This document shows, piece by piece, positions 51,841-64,000 of a stretch of 64,000 bases of DNA. The notes under the pieces are model-generated. The model did no database searches, was not told the origin of the DNA, and saw only the letters and a list, made by a program, of their open reading frames with translations. Source of the DNA: Podarcis liolepis (lineage: Eukaryota); the NCBI GenBank assembly GCA_965112155.1, contig OZ218100.1. The stretch is one strand, 5' to 3'. Numbering within the stretch: position 1 is the first letter of the stretch; each line of letters starts with the position of its first letter. The position numbers and the translations under genes are program-made.

Positions 51841-54159
51841 CCTATGATGTGGAATAGGCTTCTAGTCAAGCATAGGACAATTTCACAAAAAAGTTTTCAC
51901 ATTTTTACACCTATCCAATATTGGTCTCTTGTTTGCTTTGATCACTGCAATAGTTATCTATATTTATCACAGAAAGAGCCAAAGGCTATTGTTTTTGGCC
52001 ATGAACGTAGCACAATGTTGACACTTACTGTTGGCCTCCTGGTGTGATGATATATACACAATGTACCAAACGCTATATTAAAAGCAAGCCTGTTGTCTAA
52101 GACTGGAATCCTGACCCTACTACTGGGAGTAAGGCCTAATGAATTCTCTAGGACTTTTGAGTAAAAATGGCTAGGATTGTGCTCTTTGTTAAGTGTGGGG
52201 GATATGTTTAAAGTTTTCTTGTGGGCCAAACTGAGGGATCCATTAGCAAAATATTATTTTGTTAAAGTGGCAGTTTCAAAATGTCTAAACTGAAAAGCAC
52301 TTTTAAAAGAAAAAGGGGCATGCTCATATTTATTATTTTAATTATTGATAGGGTTATCTCCCAGTCTCCCAAATGCATTTCTTCAGGATTTGCCTCATTT
52401 CCTTTACCTTCCAAGTAATAATCAGAGCACTTAGGTGAACCTGAGATGTGCACAATAGGCAAACCTTGGAATGTAGCTTCAGTCACAGGAAGTTAGTTTG
52501 TTCCTGCTAGTGATGAATCCCATCAGTAACTGAAGTGATGTATATATTTATTGAGGAGAATTCCTGAAGGGTTGCGTGCCATATAGGCTTACCACATCAT
52601 CAATTTGATGCTTTTTGCCACTAATGTGGGAAGTAGTATGAGGAGGTGGGTATATAAACACACTGTTTTACAGTGTTTTATATAACATTGATATTGGTGG
52701 ACACTATTGCCTGTGCCGATTCTATATTTAGTTGGTTTATCTATCCCCATATTTTTTGAAGAGTTACTCTACATGGTGAGCCCTGTGTGTCTTATTCTTA
52801 AAGGTAGGATCACAGTACTCAACTATTTCAACAAATGGGAGATTTGCCAAATGTGCTATACTCTAACAAGTAATTGTTGCCAGAACACAAGGCAAAAGGG
52901 AGAGCTTCTTTGCAGAGCATCCAATAGTACTCTCAGAGTTACTGCTTTGTTTTTGGAGCTCGAAGAGTAGCATAGTCATGAAACAGCTGAAACAAATGAA
53001 CAATAAAGGCATTTATTTATTTATTGCATAGAATAGATTCATTCTTCGTTCTGATAGCAGGGTTCTAATCTTGGAGCCTGAGTACTTCTTAGCATTGTAG
53101 TTTATTTAAAAAGAAATACAGAAAGCAGAATATGGAATACTATAAATCTTTAAGTCTATGGTTGTTCACTATTGTGGAATGATAATAAAAGTATTTTACA
53201 CTGCCAATTTGAACTAGCACATAACAATAAAAGGTACTTTGTTTTAAGAACTGTAAGACAAAGAGACAAAAGTGAGGGAGGGAATTCACTTGGGAGTCAT
53301 GAATGCTAAAAGGGTGTTTTCATTCTCACCTTGAATGTGTCTACATGGAAATAAATCCCACTGAGATTAATGGAACATAGTTTATAGCAAGCAGGCTTTG
53401 CACTGCAGCCTTTATAGAGAGATGGTAATCAAATATTACTTATTCAGAATTTGTCATCTTGGAGAAAAAGTATGGCAATATATTTAATTGCACATAGGAT
53501 CTTTTATAACAATCCTAACATGAGCATGATCACCTTTAGTTCATGTATCAGCCTCCCATATAGCCTTGGGCAGAAATATAAATTTGGAAGTGTTTTTTAC
53601 TATTAATTATTTAGTTGGCTTTTAATTAATGCTTGCCTTTTCTTTAACATTCATGGTCATTCAGTTTGTGGAGGGTATATAATTCTTATCATATGACAAG
53701 GCTATATTCCTGATTAGATACATCTGTAGAGTGACCCTGTTCCTTGTTAAACCCTGCTGTTGACAATAAATGAGAGCCTCTTCTAAATTGGATTTGGACA
53801 TGCATATTCAAGCACAAAGTGTTTCAGGGAGAATTTTGCCACTCTGTAATATTTTATGCTTCTCTTAGGCTGAAATCCTAAACACATTTACACAGAGAAT
53901 AAACCCAATTGAAAAGAGTAGCACTTACTTCCAAGTAAGCATGCATCACATTTTGGTCCTAATTGCCATTATCTATATCACTATCACTGGTAATAATCCT
54001 GAATAATAGCTGGAATAAAAGGAATAAGGAAAGAAAAGTAGCAGTATGAAAAGGATTACAGAATCAGGCAGGCTGGCAAAAAACAGTCCCAGCAATGGTA
54101 AATTTAGAGCTAGAATGAGCAAAAATGTCTACATTTCTAGCCGTTTAGAGAATCACCAG

Positions 54160-54659
54160 GACATGGGGGAGGGGGAGGGGGAGAAATCATTGCCAGGAAG
54201 CCAGTTAATCATAGGAAGTCCTGCCATTCTCACCATCTGCATTTGTTTGTTTGTAAGCAAGCGGTATTGAAAATGACACTTAAGATTGCCCTGGGAGGGG
54301 AAGGGGGGATGAAGAAAAGGCCAGAGGCTTCGCTGCTGCTGGGAGGCCCTGCCTTCCTTTGAAGTGAGATCCAGCGAGGCCAGAAAGGCCTTAACTCTCC
54401 CTGGAATTGTATGAAGTGTCTGAACAGCATTTCTCTCACTTTGCGTGTATTGATTTATTTTTCCCTGATCGGGACGATGTATGTGGGTTCAACGGATGAC
54501 ATTTATCCTTAATGTGGAGTTTATAAAATAAAGTGCCAGTTGTATTGAGGATGGTCGTTTCTAACTGATGGGCAAATACGTTGTGAAGTACAGAATAGTG
54601 TCTGAAAGGCCGCCTTTTGAAGAGAGAGCTGTTTTTTGTATTGGCACGCCATGGTAAGT
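54160..54659 (+). promoter_or_regulatory. candidate promoter and 5'UTR of a first exon ending at the start codon
   Basis: G-tracts, two GGAAG (ETS) cores, GTTAATCAT and TGTTTGTTT motifs, 11 CpGs in 54260-54650, and the end CACGCC-ATG|GTAAGT. Confidence 0.55.
54651..54653 (+). CDS. candidate initiator ATG at exon end (phase 0), gene unidentified
   Basis: Strong Kozak context (GCC-ATG) directly followed by the consensus donor GTAAGT at 54654-54659. Confidence 0.5.
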
Positions 54660-55300
54660 AATGATGGCTTTTAGATCATTTTGGGTTTGGGATATTTTGA
54701 ACCTTCATGTAACACTGATCTCCTTGCACAGATGTGTTTTCATTTATGTACACAAAGTCAATTGCAGCCACATTTTATACTGATTATGTATTTGGGATAT
54801 GCAACTTCTTGATTTTTTAATCTGATCTTTCATGCAAAATTTAGAAAGAAAACCTATACTTAGTTTACTGCTCAGCAACTCCAATTGCACTTCAGTAAAT
54901 TTTAAATTGTTAGTTACATTCACTAAATGATTCACTTAGTGAACTAGGTTCTCAAGCAAATGTGTTTAGGTTCAGGGTGTAAAATATCTATAATCATGGC
55001 ATAGTTCTCATATAGTTACTGCAAAAAAACCCAAATAATTTTCAGGTAATGGTACCTAAATAGTGTTGAAAGAAACAAAAGTAAAGTGTTGAGAGAGAGA
55101 GTGCCGGTTTTTAACTTTGCATTAAACACTTCTCAATTAACAGGGTTGCATTATTAGGTCTTTAATACTTTTAGGTTGACATTTTAAGAACAATTAGTAG
55201 GAAATAAGCTCTTTCTGAAATCAATTTTCTTCAAAGTAAATGTATTTAGGGTTCAGGTCCCAACCAACAAATGCTATTCAAACACTTAACTACTGTAATA

Positions 55301-55304
<4 letters not shown>

Positions 55305-55370
<66 letters not shown>
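55305..55370. repeat. compound (CT)14(CA)19 microsatellite
   Basis: Direct reading. Confidence 0.95.
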
Positions 55371-55373
<3 letters not shown>

Positions 55374-55767
55374 TTTGTGTACTAACATACACACCAATAT
55401 ACATGCATTACATAAATACCAATATACATTATGGTGGGGTGGGGGAATATTTAATTCAAAAGTTGTTTATTTAAAACATGGCCAAAGGAGGAAACTACCC
55501 ATATTTAGCTTGTATTCCAAATGAAATGATGCAACCAAACATTTGTTTGGCAGGCTTTGATGCTACATTTTCCTAATTTGGTCTGAAAGAACTGCAGGCT
55601 GTATTAAACACAATTCCCCCCCCCCCCCGGAAACTATTTCCCCATTAATTTATTTACCTAGTTGCATACATCGACCCTGAGGCAAAAGCATATGCAGTGT
55701 AACTCAAAATTTAAAATACCAAATTGTTACATTGATCCTAGTAAAGATGTTTATTATACCTGTGCTA

Positions 55768-55950
55768 CAGGCAACCTCCCCATTTACGCAGGTTCAAGAT
55801 GTGCACAACTGTGCATTGCTCCGAACCCAGAAGTGACCCAAAAACGTCACTAAAAGGGGTGGGATGGGGCAGGGGCGGAACGGGATGTTTGCGGGCATTT
55901 TCAATGGTGTTTCAAATATACACAGTGTAAATGGGGGAGGGTGTTGCCTA
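55768..55950. mobile_element. second TA-flanked MITE family (older, Tigger-like)
   Basis: Imperfect TIRs TA-caggcaacctccccatttacgc ... gtgtaaatgggggagggtgttgccta-TA. Confidence 0.65.
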
Positions 55951-55952
55951 TA

Positions 55953-56169
55953 CAGTGGTACCTCGGGTTACATACGCTTCAGGTTACATACGCTTAAGGT
56001 TACAGACTCCGCTAACCCAGACATAGTGCTTCAGGTTAAGAACTTTGCTTCAGGATGAGAACAGAAATCATGCTCCGGCGGCAGCGGGAGGCCCCATTAG
56101 CTAAAGTGGTGCTTCAGGTTAAGAACGGACCTTCGGAAAGAATTAAGTACTTAACCTGAGGTACCACTG
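55953..56169 (+). mobile_element. Tigger-like MITE, copy 5
   Basis: TA-CAGTGGTACCTC...GAGGTACCACTG-TA. Confidence 0.9.
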
Positions 56170-56739
56170 TACTTCCTTTTGGTGTGTGTTGTGTTACTTC
56201 TGGGTACTAAACAGTGTTGGTTCTAGGTTACTATTGCTATGTAAAATATTACATAAATATATGTTAGACAGATAGAATCATAAGGCTACAGGGCAGTCAC
56301 ATCTTTAAGAGAACCAACCACAACATCACAAAGTTATGAATACTTTAACAGCTTGCTCATAACTCTTTCTCATACTGGATGCCACAAGAGCACTGTGTGT
56401 TTTCTCCTTTTAATCCTGGGGACAGAACTGGAAATAACTCTTTCACGTTTTAAAGAAAAATGTGGAGAGAACAGCTATTGCTTCTTTGACTCTGTAGTCC
56501 TTGACGCAACCTGTAATCTGTTCATCACTCAAGAGACTAATATAATTGTCCACAGAATTCTTCCTGCACTCCATCTTAAGAATGTAACTTTTAAATTGCA
56601 GACATTAGAACTTCAACAACCTGTCCTATTTCTTCTCCTCCTCCCTCTTGTTATGTTTCACTTCCAACCTGAAGCATACTCACAACCCTGGTACCTTTCT
56701 AAAGTTGTTTTTAATAAAGGTATCATTAGCATAAAGCAA

Positions 56740-57097
56740 GGGACGCGGGTGGCGCTGTGAGTTAAACCACAGAGCCTAGGACATGCCAATCAGAAGATCA
56801 GCGGTTCAAATCCCTGCAATGGGGTGAGCTCCCGTTGCTCGGTCCCTGCTCCTGCCAACCTAGCAGTTCGAAAGCACGTCAAAGTGCAAGTAGATAAATA
56901 GGTACCACTCTGGCGGGAAGGTAAACGGCGTTTCCGTGTGCTGCTCTGGTTCGCCAGAAGCAGCTTAGTCATGCTGGCCACATGACCCGGAAGCTGCGGA
57001 CAAACACCGGCTCCCTCGGCCAATAAAGCGAGATGAGCGCACAACCCCAGAGTCGGTCACGACTGGACCTAATGATCAGGGGTCCCATTACCTTTAC
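56740..57097 (+). mobile_element. full-length Sauria (Squam1) SINE
   Basis: 5' gggacgcgggtggcgctgtg (A box), ggttcaaatccc (B box), core gcaagtagataaataggtacc and tail ttacctttac. Perfect 10-bp TSD gcataaagca at 56729-56738 and 57100-57109. Confidence 0.95.
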
Positions 57098-58364
57098 TTG
57101 CATAAAGCAGCAGTGGGGAACCCTCCTGTTCACGGGCCTATTTATTTAGACCCATGAGACTGCTTTCAATGAGCCACACCGGCCCACCCAACATGTGACA
57201 TCAGATTTACATGCCCTTCAACTAGCCCTGCGCCCTCATGTCTCCACATACAGCATTAATCTTTGACAGAAAGGAACCGTGATAGAACATGGGGGCAGCT
57301 CACTTGAATAGGGCATAAGCGTCCTCTCACATCTAATCTGAGGGATATGCCTTAGCTGTGATGCAGGCAACACAAGTCATTGCTTGCACTGTGCTGTAGC
57401 TAAACCCCATCCAGAGGCATGGATCATTTGACACATTTCCATGTGTTCACACTTGGGAATTTCCTTGACAATTTATGTACTTTCTTCTTGTATTTGTTTG
57501 TACAGTGAAGGCCAAAAGTCCGAATACGATTTTGCCAGGTGGGGAAAGAGTGCAGCGGATATGGAATAGAGTGCTTATTTTTGTGACATTTTCCCCTTAA
57601 CAGGCCTTTAAAAAAGCACCTGGGAGCCAGCCAGCCTAAACGGTTGGCAGTGTTAGAATGTCTTTCATAGCCAGCTATGGAGTGACTTCGGGGGCAAAAA
57701 TAAAGTTTATAAGCCATTATAAAAGATCCACTGTCCCCAGTTTATTCAGAGGAAATCTTTAAACTCTGCAATTTAAAAATAAAGACCTGCCTAAAATTGA
57801 ACTTGAATAACAGTGAGTCTTAAGATGAATCAAATGCAGCATGATTTGTTCTACATAAGTTCATAAGTTCACTCTAACAGGCTGGAAAAGCCAACCGTGC
57901 TGATCAAACATGACTAATAATCACACAAGAGATTGATGGGCTTGTTTTTCTTATGGGGCATGTGAGGTAATTCCCTGACAATTAAGTTTCCATTGTACTG
58001 CCAAATAATACTAAAAGCTTTTTGCATCGTTGGCTTTCATGTAAAACTTCACAGCAAAGCAGCCAGCACTGATTCTGCAGTCCAATACTTTCTTAACTTA
58101 CCTGTAGTTGCTGTCACAACCTCATTCCAAGAGGGGCATGGATGTCTCAGATGGTTGTAAGGTAGGCATTTTCTCTAGAGGTCAATCCAGGACATTGCTG
58201 CTGCTGCAGGAACCATTCTTTAAAATCAATAATTCTGGAAACAACAATTTGTTAACTTTGTGAAAATCCTGTTTCCATCAGGGACTTTCTTCAAACAGCT
58301 AGTCTTTATACAACAGCCTTTATAATACACATGAATTCACATGTTCCCTGACTGTAATGAACCA

Positions 58365-58492
58365 NNNNNNNNNNNNNNNNNNNNNNNNNNNNNNNNNNNN
58401 NNNNNNNNNNNNNNNNNNNNNNNNNNNNNNNNNNNNNNNNNNNNNNNNNNNNNNNNNNNNNNNNNNNNNNNNNNNNNNNNNNNNNNNNNNNN
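58365..58492. other. assembly gap (128 N)
   Basis: Run of n characters. Confidence 1.
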
Positions 58493-59040
58493 ATGAGAAA
58501 CATTGTTAAAACAAAAGCATTTAAAATTAAAGCATTGCCCTATCATGCAGTTTCTGTGAGAGAATAGAAAGGTCTGGATATTTACTCCATTTGACTTTCT
58601 GCTACATCTGTCTGCTCTTCCAGATCTGCAGCAATCAACATGTGTGTTGCCCAAAGCCAAAGTGTGTCCCTGTGTTCATGGGCTTGATCCAAAAATAGCA
58701 ATCACTCAGTTTGATCTGCAAAGATCTTGTTTTCTTTTATAATGAAAATTTCAACAAAAACAAGGCATAGTCTTCATGGAGACCAGAGAGTATACTCTGA
58801 GGAAATCCCACATACATGGCCACACCTATTTTAATTAGTCATCAAAATTATATTTGCATATACACAGAGAGATCTGCATATACTCGAATCCTACATAACA
58901 ACCTTGATTAATGTGTACATTTTACTCATCCAGATACACAGGGTAACTTTTTTTTTTTGCTTGAATCCAGGGCACATCTCATGATCCACTCTTTATTGTT
59001 ATTACAGGGTTAAATAGGTTAGTCTCTGTGATAGTAGCCA

Positions 59041-59138
59041 GTCTATGTCACCTAGGGAGTTGTATGGGTGAGTGAGAATTTGAACCCGGGTCTCCCTAGT
59101 TCTCCTCAAACACTAGAATTACTATCTCACACTGGCTC
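59041..59138 (-). mobile_element. tRNA-derived SINE 5' fragment (MIR/Squam2-like)
   Basis: Reverse B box atttgaacccgggtctccc and reverse A-box region actatctcacactggctc. Confidence 0.55.
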
Positions 59139-59704
59139 ATGCCCTATAATTTACAATATGCATAAATCCTATTCAATGTTTGTGGTGTAGTAAAGTAGCA
59201 AATGTTATTCTATGCAAGCATAAAGAGCTACTTATACATTGGGGTAAAAAAATCCTAACTTCCTGTATTCTGAATGAGGCTGAGCTTGAGCAACATATCA
59301 CAATTTTTTATTATTATTCTGTGATGAAAAGCAGCATATAAGTGAAATAAATAGATCACTAAAAAAATTATGACTAAGAATAGAAAAATATTTAAATACA
59401 TTAGAAATAGGAAACTGCAGTTGGGCCTTTAAGAAAACAAGGAAGTCAAAGGTGTTCTAAAGGAGTAGAAGGAGATTACAGAAAAGCTGGATGAGTTCTT
59501 TGTATCTTCGCACTGGAAGATGTAGAACAGATGCTTGTGGCTAAATTCACTTTCTCGGGAAGGGAGTGTAAGGAAATGTGGGACATAGCAGTGATAAGAG
59601 ATGGAGTTCTAAGCCTAAGTAATGCACAACTTGAGAAAAGAGACAATGCACGTATTTTTGTAAACTAAGAAATATTTAATAAATATTTTTTTAAATTAAT
59701 TAAT

Positions 59705-59978
59705 TTAAAACTAACAAATCACTAGGTCCAGCTGGCATCCGCTCAAGAGTTCTTAAAGAACACAAATGTTGCTGATCTTCTAACAAAAATATGTAATTTG
59801 TCCTTATGATCAGTCATCATACTTGGAAAGTATGATCAATGTAACACCAGTTTTAAAAATAGGATCCAGGAGATATCTGTGGAATTACTGGCTGATGCTT
59901 AATATGTGTTCCAGGAAAGCTGGGGAACACATAATTAAAGATAGAATTACCAAACATATAAAATAACAATCTTGCTGA
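59705..59978 (+). mobile_element. decayed CR1 ORF2 internal fragment (start of the reverse transcriptase region)
   Basis: Frameshifted remnants of LKTNKS-GP-GI--RVLKE, ADLLTKICNLSL, NVTPV-K-GSR, VPGKL and IIKDRITKHI. Confidence 0.8.
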
Positions 59979-60687
59979 TTTATTTGAGAGTGTCAGTAAA
60001 TATAAGACATATTCATTAGTAATAATAATTAGTAACTGTGCTTTTGGGGGGGAAGGTGGGAGAACTCATCACAAATTTTGTTTATTTATTTAGTTGTAAG
60101 TTTTGTGGCAACATGCCATATTTTATTAAACAATTCTTGTACAGTTGGAATAATATGTAAATGCACTTTAGCTGCTCTTTTGGCTGCAGTTAGCAAGACA
60201 AAATTATAGTCTTCTGGTCACACCTTATTTTTAAAGATAATGCAGAAGAATTTGTCAATGACCTTGTTATGTGATAACCACTCATTTCTGTATATATGAT
60301 TTTTAGAAACTTCCATCATATATGTATATAGTCTGGTGCATTCCCTCCTGATTTCCAGCATATATCACTATCACTTGGGTATATCTCTGCCAAATGATGC
60401 AGGGTCAATTACCAACCATATAACATTGTATAAAGAAAAATTATGTTCATGCAGAGCAATTAAACTTTATTAGTGATAAATATTTATTTCCAACTAATAT
60501 TCAGAGTACCTCTGCTTCCAACAGCAGAAGTAGAATATATTGATGGTACATATTCACGATGGCTATATGTTAGCTCCTGGATCAGAGGTAACACGCTTCT
60601 GAATACCAATGAATTGTGGACAAACTGCTGAAAGAAAGCCCATTACGGCTTCTGACTCTATGCAGTGTGCTTTGTGATCAGACAAAT

Positions 60688-61033
60688 GGTAAAGGTAAAA
60701 GGACCCCTGACCATTAGGTCCAGTCGCTGATGACTCTGGGGTTGTGGCACTCATCTCACTTTACTGGCTGCGGGAGCCGGCGTACAGCTTCCAGGTCGTA
60801 TGGCCAGCATGACTAAGCCACTTCTGGCGAACCAGAGCAGCGCACGGAAATGCCATTTACCTTCCCGCTGGAGCGGTACCTATTTATCTACTTGTGCTTT
60901 GATGTGCTTTCGAACTGCTAGGTGGGCAGGAGCTGGGACCAAGCAACGGGAGCTCACCCCGTCGCGGGGATTCAAACCACCAACCTTCTGATCGGCAAGC
61001 CCTAGGCTCTGTGGTTTAGACCACAGTGCCACC
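60688..61033 (-). mobile_element. near full-length Sauria (Squam1) SINE
   Basis: Reverse complement of 56740-57097, from the tail ggtaaaggtaaa to the head ccacagtgccacc. Confidence 0.95.
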
Positions 61034-64000
61034 TCCTTTGAGAACCTCCTTTGAGAGTTTCTCCAGCCTGACTAACCCTGAGAGGAAGGCTAATAAGTAC
61101 TCCATCAGTAAGGAGCTTTGTGACCTGACAAAATGGTACACCTGTTTAAATCGTTCCACTTACCATAGTAAAATGACCAAATCAGACATGCAAGCTACAA
61201 AGCCATTCAGCTCCATTCTGCTTATAGACAGGATCTTAATTACCGTACTGTTTTTTTTTCTTTTTTCTTTTTAGTGGTTAACATTTTCAGATGAAGCTAT
61301 TTTGCATCTTTACATCTTGGAGACAACAGTAACATTTGGAAAAGAGAAAACTGAATAAGCTTTAATATAATCAGGGACTTTACTGAGGTTTGTGTGGTCT
61401 GCCACAAGTCACTGGTTCTCAAGCAGCTCTGCATGAGCTGCATAATTTTTCCCTTCAAGGCACATCTTTTGAATCCCAAACCATTTGCCGAGAAGACAGA
61501 TCTTTCAGCCTATATGCATTTCAACAGATAAAGAGTAACCAAATGTTCACCAGGTAAATTGAAATAGAGAGAGGAGCTCATTTGACATGACCCATGTCCC
61601 GCCAGAAAACCAACCCAAAATGTTGATGAATTAAGCTTTTTCTTCTAAAATCAGTTAAAGTTCATTATTTTTTAAAAACCCTCAGGGCCATATTACAGCA
61701 GCCCTACATTAGTAATCACAGGATGCTATTTAAAGTCTGTTTCACTCACAGGATTAAACTGTATGGTAGAAATATTCCAAAACTTTCCCAGGACGACTGC
61801 TGTGGTAAAAGCTAGCACAAGAGTTGCTTTGTATTATAGAAATACCAAGACCTGTAGCAGAGTGTTTGCTCTTTCTCCACCCTAAGCAGGTGCTTTGCGG
61901 ATTTGGACATTTGCTGAGCAGATGGGGTGTCATCTTAATGGTGCATCCATTTGATGGGGTCTTAACATTAGATTCTCAGTGTCTGAAATTATATGGGCAT
62001 TGGACTTAAAGTGACTTCTTTTTCCTTGAGATAAATCCTGTTAACTAGCTTGCCAGAGACAGAGAACTTCTAAAATAAGAACATACTTTGTTTTCATGGT
62101 TTTATTATTATTCTAGGCATCACACATAAAACATCTTTCACTTAAATGTATTTGTTTCTACAAGGAAGTTTTGTTTTATTTTTTTTAAAAGCATGGTGAT
62201 TCTAGGAACTGAACTTCTTAACCCTTAAATCGGTAAGGCCCTGCAACCTGGCGGCAGGCAATCTAAGTACACTCATGAGTACTGGTAACTTGCAAAATAA
62301 TGTTCTTTATTATGATGTATAACTCTTATTCTGGATTTGAATCCAGGTCAAAGACAAAGACTCCAGGCTGCATGTTCACATCTGTAGTTTCTTGACCACA
62401 TAAAAATTATGTGTAGAAATAGTTGTGTAGGTTACAAAAAATGTTCGTAAATTTAAGTACTCATTACATGCAGAGTTACATAACTTTCTATATTTCCCAC
62501 TCTGTGCTCCAGATCTCAGCATTGGGTCACATAGCATGTTTATGATTTGGGGTTGAATGTCTGAGCCATGTGCTGGCGTGCTGGGTCATGAACATGTGGA
62601 TGTTGTATATGTTGTGCATGACAAAGGCAGAAGAAGGTAGGGTGGCCATACTTACATAAGCACCCACTGTCCACCCATCCTCCTTTGATCATTGGCACCC
62701 ATGTACCCATCCCTTGGGACCAAGCAGGAATCTGTGTGGGTTTTTTAGCCATTCCACAGTGTGTCTTGCTGGACTGGTTGCAGTGTGAATGCTATATTTA
62801 AACAGGTTAATTTGCCAGGAAACTGCAGGAAAGAAAGAGAGCCTGGTAAGGTCAACTAGATGAACCCCTTAGGCACCTTTGAGAGTGATAGGAAGCTCCC
62901 AAGGCCTGCAGCTCAGAGCTAGCGGACCCAGGACAGGATATGGACTGCATTTGGAACCATCTTCTCTCATCTGCCTGGAGCTATGGGCCCCCAGGGTGAT
63001 TATGAAAGTAGGTCTCCCTATTCACCTTAATGGTGCAGTTTGGGGAAGGGCACAGGCTGAATTACATGATCACAGTGGGACATAGTCATATAGCATGTGA
63101 TCATGATTTTTAATGCCTTTTTTTTTACTTTGTGGCTTAATATTCCTTTTATGGATGCAGAGCTTATGCATCTACACTTTTTGAAAATAAGTATTCACAG
63201 CTGGTTGCACAGAACTGAATGTCCTCCATTAGTGAGGCACTTGTAGAAACATCTTGCAAATACATGTTAGTACTGTATATACATAATACAAAAGTGGGGA
63301 AAGTCAGCATACTTGGTAGTGAGTTCCTTGGCATGTCTTTCAAAGCACGACTTCTGCATGACTCAAAAGCACATGAAAGCTACCTAAAAAGCAACAATTG
63401 AAATCACACAATCAGCAGACGTGTTAGAGCCTTATAACCCTGAGACATTTTAATTCAAAACTAGCAAAGCTGGGATCAAGTCAAGACACACAAAGGAATG
63501 GCAATATCCCAAGCATGAATACATTTTAATTGCAGAGTATATGCGAGCTAGTAACAAATCCTTGCCCCCTGGCAGCTGTAACTGAATGGATCCTGCCCTG
63601 CTGTAACATACTGTGTATGAGAATTTGTCTTCCTTTAGCTTCAGGCTGCCCCTCTGGCAACTGTCATCCACAATCATATCAATTACATAAAACCAGATTT
63701 GTCCAACCATCTTGTCTATACACTGACAGTCTAATAATGTGACCTGCTGTATTTCTCTAGCTCTATTTCTAAGGGAGCTTGAATCATCACAGCTTTGCAC
63801 ATACATTCATGTACACCCACAGACTCCCTCCGTGATGTCATGCTCTACTGAAAAGTGCAGTCAAAACTTGCTTCATGGCTTGCCATGTTCTGCAGTATTC
63901 ATTACAGACACATTATAATGTGTAATGACTTGCACAGGTACAGCCTAAGGGAAAAACTAGTTTAACGCAAATGGTGGAACACTAGCACACAACACAAGAT

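Noticed and set aside
52946-53010. Minus-strand exon LFHDYATLRAPKTK after a strong acceptor
   Set aside because: The donor is weak, the peptide is unrecognised and there are no partner exons.
54651-54659. Assigning a gene symbol to the ATG-ended exon
   Set aside because: No downstream coding exon is present in the window and I do not recognise the UTR, so any name would be a guess.
56790-57044. Similar ORFs at 56790-57044 and 60800-60991 suggesting paralogues
   Set aside because: Both are antisense translations of Sauria SINE copies.
58306-58660. ORFs spanning the N run
   Set aside because: Artefacts of the assembly gap.

Overview
This is AT-rich, CpG-depleted vertebrate genomic DNA. The repeat content (Sauria/Squam1 SINEs, Squam3 SINEs, CR1 and L2 LINE ends, TA-flanked CAGTGGTACCTC MITEs) points to a squamate, most likely a lacertid lizard. 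The window reads as intronic or intergenic. I recognise no host protein-coding exon. The only long protein-like ORF (39410-40015) is the C-terminus of a CR1 LINE ORF2, and the rest of the ORF track looks like chance frames. There is a 128-nt assembly gap at 58365-58492. The best host-gene signal is a CpG-retaining segment ending in a strong Kozak ATG directly followed by a consensus splice donor (CACGCC-ATG|GTAAGT, 54651-54659), probably an alternative first exon of an unidentified + strand gene. A second, weaker phase-0 first-exon candidate lies at ~20950-21099. Other points worth checking: a strong CTCF motif, a MITE family with apparent 6-bp TSDs, nested insertions that date repeat families, a SINE with a displaced TSD, a near-perfect hairpin MITE, a solo LTR and a few enhancer-like motif clusters. 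I find no convincing evidence of a new multi-gene biological system. All family names come from recalled consensus features, not from a database search.
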